In this document: piece after piece, positions 54,277 to 64,000 of the stretch
Layout of the letters: each line of letters opens with the position of its first letter
Position numbering within the stretch: position 1 is the stretch's first letter
DNA from: Octopus vulgaris
Lineage: Eukaryota
Direction of reading: 5' to 3'
Length of the DNA: 64,000 nucleotides
Assembly (NCBI GenBank): GCA_951406725.2
Contig: OX597827.1
Location: 54,498,001 to 54,562,000 of the forward strand
Position numbers and translations under genes: made by a program
The notes under the pieces: model-generated
What the model was told of the DNA's origin: nothing
Database searches by the model: none
The model's input: only the letters and a program-made list of their open reading frames with translations

Positions 54277-54335
54277 ATTCCACTGATGAAGGCAGAGCAT
54301 TTCTTACGCAGAGTCAGAAATCCGAGATCTGGAAT
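54277..54335 (+). ncRNA. Putative type I hammerhead ribozyme
   Basis: attcca-CTGATGA-[weak stem II]-GAAA-tc-cga-ga-TC-tggaat: 6-bp stem I, intact core, AUC cleavage triplet. Confidence 0.55.
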
Positions 54336-54471
54336 TATCCAGTAATTTTTTTGCTAGTTTATTTTGTCTTATTGTCTTCTCTCCTGGTGCTGTATGAAAA
54401 TTTAATGTGGTTTTAGAGTCAAGTTTTGACTGCTATTTCCAGCGTGGTGGTATCTCTTAGATACCCTAAAT

Positions 54472-54509
<38 letters not shown>

Positions 54510-55099
54510 TGAGAAAGTTACGTGTGTTTGTGTGGTCATGTTATTAAAGCTTATAAATAAACACACCCATTAGTTGTTTGTCTCTATATTTTTTTCTCTC
54601 TTTTCTTCCAAAATTTTGGGTACACCAATTTTGTGGCCTTCTCAATGGCCGTGGACTTTCAATTGAATTTGGTTTTTTCAGTTGATTTTTCTGTGTTATG
54701 TTACATATATATGGTAAGTATGTCAGCTAAATGGTATTTTTGTTGTTTGTTTCTATATTTTATTTTGTTATTGTATGTGTTTGAGTGCGCATGTGTGTGT
54801 GGTGGTGGCTGGGATTAGTTGGCTTTAGTCCTTTTGTATTCTTATTCTTGAATTTCTGTGGTAGTGAGTCATGATCAAGAGGAGTGGGTCCTTGTAATGC
54901 TATTCATTCTTGATTTTGAGTTTGTGTGAGGTCTGCTTCCTATAGACTCTATTGCTTCCTTTAATGTTGTGTCTTTTAAGTGTCTGGAAAGAATTTTTAC
55001 TTCCACGATTTTTATTAATCCAAAGTACAAAATGTAGATCATCACATGACAGATTCAGTTTACCACATGCATAGAAAGGAATGTTAAGACACCTCCACA

Positions 55100-55225
55100 A
55101 TGTATATAGCAGAAACAACCTGTAGCGTAGGTGAAAGGATTGCAGAGCACTGGCAAAAATACAATAAAAAGAATCAGACATCCATACTATATCTATACAC
55201 TGCACTGAAACACAATGAGTGTTGA
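55100..55225 (+). pseudogene. GIY-YIG endonuclease relic (Penelope-like element)
   Basis: MYIAETTCSVGERIAEHWQKYNKKNQTSILY resembles the YIGETxRxLxxRxxEH pattern. Confidence 0.5.
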
Positions 55226-55934
55226 TGTATAAACTGGGTACATTTTAAAATGCCACCAGTAATAGGGAGGTTGTCAGTCAGAACTGAAGTATCCCTTCTA
55301 CATTGAATCAGTTTTTATTTTGTTATTGCTCGCCTAATTGTGGTGTCTTCATTTCTCTTGTCCTGAATTTGATCAGGAGTTACAGTTCTCCAAGTCAGGT
55401 TGCTTTCACGATGACTCATATTTCTCCATAATGTGGTTCAGGATGTTCATGGTATTGAGGTGAGAAGTATGGATGTTGGCTCATAGTACACTGATGGAAG
55501 AGTTCCTAGAAGTGGAGAGAGGCTTACGAAACACAGGTAGTTTAGGATAATTGTATTTATGGTGGTTTATCATTCATGGGAAATGAGCAGGGTGGTTGCC
55601 TTCACCCCATACAACTGGTCAGACATGTTTGCTCAAGGGGATTTATAAAAAGTAAACTGTTTCAGCGGTGGTGCCCCAGCATGGCCACGGCCTTCGGGCT
55701 AAAACATTTTTAAGGATTTAAGGATTTATGTTTAAAGAATATTATTATTTAACAATTTCTAGAATTTGCAAGAAGTTTGTGATTTTAGTGATAAATGATA
55801 TTAGTTTCTAACTTAGGCACAAGACCAACAAGTTTGAGGGAAGTGAATTAGTCAATACCTTAAACCTCAGTACTTGATGGATATTATATTTTATTGAGCC
55901 TGTAGGGATGAAAGGCAAAGTTGAACTCCATCAG

Positions 55935-56240
55935 TTACAACGACGAGGGTCCCAGCTGATACAATTAACAAAACAGCTTGTTCGTGAAATTAACGTGCAA
56001 AGGGCTGAGCACTTCACAGACATGTGTATCTTTAACGTAGTTCTCGGAGAGATTCAGCATGACACAGAGTGTGACAAGGCTGGCCCTTTGAAATACAGGT
56101 ACTACTCATTTTGCCAGCTGAGTGGACTGGAGCAATGTGAAATAAAGTGTTTTGCTCAAGGACATGTATCACCAGGAATTGAACTCACGACCTTACAATC
56201 GTGAGCCGAATGCCCTAACCACTAAGTTACATGTCTTCAC
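55935..56240 (-). mobile_element. tRNA-derived SINE (family D)
   Basis: Minus-strand head ttagtggttagggcattcggctcacgattgtaaggtcgtgagttcaattcc, then cttgagcaaaacactttatttcac. Partial copies near 48330 and 57680. Confidence 0.75.
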
Positions 56241-56532
56241 TTCACAACATATAAAACTGAAAGAAATACCATATTTTCTCAATGCTGCTAATAAATCTGC
56301 CAAACTAGACTTCTTAAATAAATAGTAATGATTTGATAATGTGTTTGTTTTAACTTCACTCTGAATCTGAGAATTCAATGAAACCTTTTACTCTGCCTTC
56401 CTGCTGAGGAAGGTACTTGAAGCCCATATGGGTATTCACTTGGTACAGGAGAGAATGAACATGAAAATATATTATGTCTCCCCACTCCACGACACATGCA
56501 GCTATATTCATCAATGAATATGTAAGTATAGT

Positions 56533-56582
<50 letters not shown>

Positions 56583-57445
56583 CAGACAGACAGACAGAGA
56601 AAGGATGGGCTTTTAGGGACTTAGAAGAAACTTTTTAGAAATCAATAGTAGTAGCTGGTGATTTTAGCAATGAATAAAAATAATAATGATAAACACGTAA
56701 AAAACTATAAATATCTATTTATGTATTTATCTCCAAAAGGCACTGCATCACATATCAACTTCTCAATTTAAGTACCAGCTAGCTCGGTACACACTTCAGT
56801 ACACAATGTAGGACATGTATCTCCTTCCTAAGTCTTATGCTTAATAAACTTAACATTGTCAAAACTGCTTGACAGAAATTTGACTTTCTTCTACAAGCAA
56901 AAACATATAAAACTTTTGAGCAGCAGCTGACCTTTCACAGAACCCAAATATGGAGTACTAACAAATAATCATCAACCAGCACACCAAAAAAAAAAAAAAA
57001 ATTAATATACACATGAGAAATAACTGTATGCTCAGAGGATTAGTTGCTTAAAATAATGTTGTAATTAGCAATAATACTTATTAATACATACATAATTTAC
57101 TATTTCTTGCAGGTAGGGAGAATGTGTAGAAAGCATATTAATTAGATGAAAAGCTTTCATCTGAAAGATGAGTTTGATATCAACGATTAAAGGAAGCACA
57201 CCATTATCATACAATTATAGTAAATAGACATTAAAATAATAGTGATGATGAATACTTATTAGAATGTCCAGAGATTCGGACAATACCATATGAAAGATAC
57301 TGAAAAATAGAGAGGTAGAAATACAATGGCTGTTCTATACCTACATACATTCATGCATATAAACATACAAACATACATGTACATATAAATATATGTATAT
57401 ACATACAAACATACATGTACATATAAATATATGTATATACATACA

Positions 57446-57486
<41 letters not shown>

Positions 57487-58066
57487 TAGAAAAAAATACC
57501 TTTTTTCAGTTTCTGTCTACCATATCCATTCACAAGGCTTTGGTTAATTTGGGGCTATAGTGGAAGACATCTACCCAAGGTACCATGCACTGGAACTGAA
57601 CCTAAAACCACAAGATCGAGGAAGCAAGGTTTTCAACCACACAGCCATAAATATGCACATGTATGCATTTATACACATAGTGCTTAGGCATATTGCATTC
57701 ACAAACATGAGATTGTGGCTTCAGTTTGCAAACCGGCTGTCCATTGTGTTCTTGAGCAAAACATTTCATTTCACATTGCTGCAGTCCACTCAGCTGTAAC
57801 CAGCAAGCCTAACAATCCGAAAGAATGTTGGCCTGCTCACCTAACCAGCAGAGTGGCATCAGTGAAAAGCTAAAACAATCCAAAGCACATTATGACCAGT
57901 GATGGATAACAACATCCAATAGTCAGGTTGATCACATGATACTCTCTCTCTCTTTCCCACACACACACACACATGCATGCACTCACACATGCATGTATGC
58001 ACACACACAATAGGCATATATGTATCTATCTATAAATAGATAGGTAGGTCTATTTATCTATCTATT

Positions 58067-58102
<36 letters not shown>

Positions 58103-58104
58103 CA

Positions 58105-58144
<40 letters not shown>

Positions 58145-58771
58145 CAAACACACACATGCTATGCATATTTGAATGTGTATGATCATATATGTGTAAGACA
58201 TAAGTAGCTCCAGTTTAAACTCTATTACTATTTTATTAGAGATTTTCTTCAGTTCTGTTTAAAATACTAAATATCAAGGTTCAATGAGGTTTGAAACCCT
58301 TTTTGATCTTATCTCCTGGGTGAAATGTCAGTAACGGAAGTGGTTATTATACTTTCTTTGATTTCAGATGACAATATTTTTTCTTATTCATTTTCACATC
58401 ATTTTGAATTACTTGTCTGTTGACACTAGATTTTTATCTGCATAGAGGGAAAAGCTCCATCTTTGGGAACATCAACATAGAAAGGTCCTTTAGGTGGTAC
58501 TCTATAAATCAAACACCATATGAAGAAATTAGTAGCAGGTTACAGAAATGGTGTATACTGCAGAAATTGCTTGAGGAATTCTTTCTAGTTTTGGCACAAG
58601 GCCAACAATTTTGAATGGGTGAAGTAGTTGGTTAACAGCCTCAGTGCTCAAGAAAGCTTTGGCATCAATTTTTCTTTTTTGCATTTATTTCAAACACCAT
58701 TCAATATTCAATAGTGGATAGCATTTGAGAACAATGAAAATGGACACCAATTATTACTGGATAAAAATTAT

Positions 58772-60110
58772 GAGTCAACTCTTCGTAAATGGTTTACTAT
58801 AAATCATAGAGATGAATCTGTAATATATTATGCTCCAGTTTTCCACAGCACCATATTTAAAATAAATTAATAAAAAATGGACAAAGAGGAAATGAAGAGG
58901 ATTATTAATTATAAGAATCTACTTTATCAGCCTTCAAGATTCTGAAAGACATCATTAGCATATGATTTTTGCAATGCAAATATGGGTCATGCTCATTTTA
59001 GGGGCAGCTTTAAAGATTGACTTTGAGTCTGATAAAGAATTTGATAGAAATATCAATGAAAGCTGTAAATTTGAAACTTGTTCTGCACTCGAGTTTAAAA
59101 TTTGTTCATTTGAATATTGATTTTAAATTTTTGCACAAGGCCAGTAACTTTGGTGAAGAGGTAAGTCAATTACATCGACCCCAGTACTCAACTAGTACTT
59201 ATTTTAACAAACTTGAAAGGATGAAAGGTAAAGTTGACCTTAGTGGATTTGTACTCTGAATGCAAAGACAGATGAAATGCTGCTGACCATTTTTGCACAG
59301 TGTGCTAACAATTTGGCCAGCACACCACTTTATGTTCATTTGAATATTACTGCTCGATTGCTTCCCAGATCAATTGGAATCCTTTCCATATCACAAGTTG
59401 CCTATGGAGGATGATTGATTTCATTCTAACAAAATGATTATGAACAGTTAGAGAGACCTGTTTCCTGTCTCTGAAATGGAACTTCTCTTTATCAGTTTAT
59501 CCTTGGATCATTTGAACCAAATGTATAAAAACTTTTTAATCAACTTTAGACATTACCATCAACAACTTATAGGAAACTGAAGCAAGCTATTAACTCTTTT
59601 GTTATCATAGTTTTGTTAGCATATACTACCACTGTTTCAGTTAATTTCTAAAATAATGAAGAATTTAGTAAAATAACTTTCTTGTCATTAAGGTATGGTC
59701 TGGAACAAATTAACATAAAATTTTGATGGAAGATTATAATTTAGACCACTTTAAAACAGTAAGTTTATGTTACAGAACCTGGGGCAGTCTCAGGTATGTT
59801 GGTATCAAAAGAAACTTTGAACTAAGAGCTCTGATGCCTTAAGAGATAATATACGGAATAACAGTTGAAGTCCAAACCACTTCTTTTGTTGATAGTTCTA
59901 GTGGCTTCAGAAAGATGTTTCATGTGAACATTTATTATGTGAAAGCATGTTTAGATGAACTGGTTTTCACTGTTTTACCCCCAGGACTGGCTACATTGTT
60001 TTACAAAAGTGGTTCTGCAGCTCATTCAACTTTCCATATTCCAATTTCCATTGACAGGAATTCTGTTTCCAGTATTGGTGTTAACAACAAACTAGCAAAC
60101 ATAATTTCTA
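58772..60110 (+). pseudogene. Helitron RepHel (PIF1-like helicase) relic, interrupted by a SINE and a MITE
   Basis: ESTLRKWFTINHRDES; KKWTKRK*RGLLIIRIYFISLQDSERHH; FVDSSSGFRKMF (Walker A relic); PPGLATLFYKSGSAAHSTFHIPISIDRNS (compare SGIAATLLxGGRTAHSxFKIP). Confidence 0.75.
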
Positions 60111-60712
60111 ATAGTTGGGTGTGGTTTGAGGGAGATTTGTTTCCTATTTACAAATACAGTGAATCGAAACTGCAAGAGTTAAATGTTTCGACAGAACTAG
60201 TGACAGGATACAACTCATCAAAATTTCATCTGGTAGTCTCACACACCATTCACTTGCTTGACCAGCACAAGTTATTAAATAGTATTATAAAGGGATTATT
60301 TTAGGACATTATAAAGTGTAATTAACAAATAACAATGAGGTTGTTCTCATGTCTGAGCTTGCATCAATGTTCATTTTCTCTCTTTCTTACTCTCTCTCTC
60401 TCTCTCTCTTATTCTTTGTTTCTTTCAGCTTTTAGATGCCTTTTTCACTGGCTCTCTTTCCCTTTACCCCCCACCCCCACACCCCGCCTAATCTTATTTT
60501 CATTTGTTCTCTTCCATTTGTTCGTTTGAAACTTCTAGCTTGTTCCTCTCCTGTTTCTTTCATGATATTCATTCGCCCTAACCATGTACTTCCCTCTGTC
60601 AGTGTCTGACTCTTTATACTCTCTCCCAGCCTCTCACTTTCACTCTTTTAGTCTCCTCCTCCTCTCTCCTTCTCCTTCTCCCTCTCTCCTTTTCCCTCCC
60701 CCCCTTCTCTAA

Positions 60713-61043
60713 TCTTGGGCAAGTGTCTTCTACTATAGCCTTGGGCCGATCAAAGCCTTGTGAGTGGATTTGGTAGATGGAAACTGAAAGAAGCCCATCA
60801 TATATATGTATATGTGTATGTATGTGTGTGTGTTTGTGTGTCTGTATTTGTCCCCCCAACATCACTTGACAACCGATGCTGGTGTGTTTGCATCCCCATA
60901 ACCTAGCGGTTCAGCAAAAAGATTGATAGAATAAGTATTGGGCTTACAAAGAATAAGTCCTGGGGTCAATTTGCTCAACTAAAGGCGATGCTCCAGCATG
61001 GCCACAGTCAAATGACTGAAACAAGTAAAAGAGTAAAATGAGT
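60713..61043 (+). mobile_element. SINE family A, 5'-truncated
   Basis: Starts at cttgggcaagtgtc and has the family A tail. Confidence 0.8.
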
Positions 61044-61619
61044 AACATTTCTAAATCTATCAATGTTTCAAATCTTCTCTATAATCCTTTCCATTACAGG
61101 TACAAAGCCTGAAATTTGGGGGATGGGGGTCAATCAATTACATCAACCCCAGTTCTCAACTGATACTTATTCTATCAACCCCCAAAAGGATGAAAGACAA
61201 AAGTTGACCCCCCACCATGAGATTTGAGTTTAGAACATAATGATGGACAAAATGCTGAACAAAATTTTTGTCTGGCATGCTAACAATTCTGCCAGCTCAC
61301 TTCACTGCCAAACTTTTCTATAATAAAAAGAAAGAACAAAACACGAAACAAAAAGAGATAGAAAATACATTAGTTGATAACGCTATCATCCAGTATATAA
61401 TTCCATTAAACACTAGGTGATTAACTGAGAAGGCTTTATTGACAGCAAAATGCAAACCAAAAATCAACAAATTAAACCAAATGAAAGTAACCAGAAGTTG
61501 AGATGTTAAAATTTTAAGTCTAGCAACGTTGATTTTATCAATTACAAAGTTATTCCTATGATCCATTGCTGCCCACTGCAAAACAGAGCAATAATAAAAC
61601 AATGTCTAGCAACAGTACC

Positions 61620-61714
61620 ATGTATGCATGTATGTATGTATGTATGTATGTATGTATGTATGTATGTATGTATGTATGTATGTATGTATATATGTATGTA
61701 TGCATGTATGCATG

Positions 61715-61748
<34 letters not shown>

Positions 61749-62330
61749 TGCATATGTATGTATGTATGTATGCATGCATTTATGTATGCATGTATGTATG
61801 TATGTATGTATGTATGCATGCATTTATGTATGCATGTATGTATGTATGTATGTATGTATGTATGTATGTATGTATGTATGTATGTATGCATGTATGTATG
61901 TATGTATGCATGCATTTATGTATGTATGTATGTATGTATGTATGCATGCATTTATATATGTATGTATGTATGCATGTATGTATGTATGTATGCATGCATT
62001 TATGTATGTATGTATGTATGTATGTATGCATGCATTTATGTATGTATGTATGCATGTATGTATGTATGTATGCATTTATGTATGTATGTATGTATGTATG
62101 TATGTATGTATGTATGTATGTATATATGTATATATGTATGTATGTATGTATGTTTGCATTTATGTATGTATGTATGTATGTATGCATGCATTTATGTATG
62201 TATGTATGCATGTATGTATGCATGCATGTATGTATGTATGTATGTATGCATGTATGTATGTATGTATGTGTGTATGTATGTATGTATGTATGTATGTATG
62301 CATGCATGTATGTATGTATGTATGTGTATG
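61620..62330. repeat. (TATG)n array
   Basis: Visible repeat. Confidence 0.95.
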
Positions 62331-62544
62331 TCCTTCAATAGTATTATCATGAGTCATTTAGTACCAAATGCTGAGGATGAGACAAAGATGGTCTTGAATT
62401 GCTCATGGATTTTGAAACATTGTTCTTTGAAACTAAACACAAGGAACTAAAGGAAACAACAAAAAAAAAATCAATAGAATAATTAAACTTGAACCTAAAT
62501 TTTTCTTCATTATGACATATTTCAAAGAAAACTTATTCCCTATA

Positions 62545-62577
<33 letters not shown>

Positions 62578-62756
62578 CTGTGTGTGTGTATACATAGGTC
62601 TATAATTTTGTACACAAATGTATACACTTTAGACCACCACATTTTGCATCTATGCAACAATAACAACAACAACTAAATACTGGATTGTAATAATGGAATA
62701 AGTTGGTGTGCTTCAAGAAGAAACAGTTGAGATTTTACCCTACCTACCAACATAAT

Positions 62757-62967
62757 ATGTATGTCTGTCTGCCTGTCTGTCTGTCTGTCTGTCTGTATGT
62801 ATGTATGTATGTACGTACGTACGTACATATGTATGCATGCATATATGTAAGTATGTATGTACGTATGCAAGTACGTATATATGTATGTATGCATGCATGC
62901 ATGTATGTATGTATGTATGTATGCATGTATATATGTATGTATGCATATATATATGTATGTATGTATG

Positions 62968-62999
<32 letters not shown>

Positions 63000-63155
63000 T
63001 GCATGCATTTATGTATGTGTGTATGCATGCATGTATGTATGCATGCATTTATGTTTGTATGCATGCATTTATGTATGCATGTATGCATGTATGTATGCAT
63101 CTATGTATGTATGTATGTATCTATGCATGCATGTATGTATGTATGTATGTGTATG
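62757..63155. repeat. (TCTG)/(TATG)n array
   Basis: Visible repeat. Confidence 0.95.
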
Positions 63156-64000
63156 TCCTTCAATAGTGTTATCATGAGTCATTTAGTACCAAAATGTTAT
63201 TCCACTCATGCAAGGACTTATTTCACTAAATTTCAATGTTTGAGGAAATGAGGCAATTTCCTTAACAACCAAATATTTGTAGACTACAGAAACAAGCTGT
63301 TTCAATTTTGTGTCTATCTTTTTTTCCCCTAGTCTTTCTTTTCCCTGACTTTCAGGTGCCACAAAGGGCTCTGTTTTCTTTGTGACTCTCTCTTAAAGAA
63401 CCAAAATGTGTAGATTCTTTCAGTAATATATGGCTGCTTAAGCTGGAGCAGATTATCTCTCTTATCTCTCTAAAACTTGAGAATAATTTGTTTCTTCCTC
63501 CATCAAATAAAGTTTGCTTTGTTCATTTAGTACTCTATTCAAGACTACCCTGTCTCTGTTATAATGCTGGCATAATTATTCTATATTAGGGACTGCTTTT
63601 TAAATAGTTCCTGATTAAGACATATCAGAGTGGAGATGAAGGAAATTTGGTAATTACATTGAGCATCTGTTCTATTTTTAATCTCTTATCTTTTAATTCA
63701 GTCATTAGACTTCAGCCATGCTATGAAACTGCCTTGAAGAATTTTTTGCCAAATAAATTGAACCAATTAACCCCAGTCTTTTTTTTTTTAAGCCTCGCAC
63801 TTATTCTATTGTTTAATTTTGCTGAATCGCTAAGTTATATAGGATGTAAATAAACCAACACCCATTGTTAAGTAGTGCTATTTATGCCAAACAACATTGA
63901 CATACTCATCGTGTACAAAGCGATTTGGTTTTAACTTCTATATCTATAAGTTATTCCACAGTCTTCTGCCTAGGATGTTGCATCAATTCTGTGATTTTGC

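Noticed and set aside
61542-63251. Long ORFs up to 294 aa (MYVC/HTYI repeats); the same applies to 39031-39792 and 1904-2274
   Set aside because: They are stop-free translations of TATG/CA microsatellites, open in several frames on both strands.

Overview
AT-rich, repeat-saturated animal genomic DNA with no recognisable host exon. The tRNA-derived SINEs, RTE-type 3' ends and very long microsatellites suggest an octopus/cephalopod intron or intergenic region; this is an inference from recalled repeat families. Nearly all ORFs in the track are microsatellite or SINE artefacts. The main finding is a decayed, roughly genome-length parvovirus/densovirus-like endogenous viral element at ~41.46-45.7 kb, split across frames and three SINE insertions. 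It carries a TATA+Inr promoter, a VP1 gene with a PLA2 motif and jelly-roll capsid strands, and then, on the same strand, an NS1/Rep gene with an HUH motif and SF3 helicase. This VP-before-NS order is the reverse of canonical monosense parvoviruses. Other contents: a 1.86-kb composite Helitron carrying a mariner fragment, with its empty site preserved in an adjacent tandem duplicate; a full-length 1.29-kb mariner with two frameshifts; a Helitron RepHel relic; a solo LTR; Penelope-type hammerhead ribozyme motifs with a GIY-YIG relic; piggyBac-like MITEs; and several long palindromes. All motifs were read by eye and no database searches were run.
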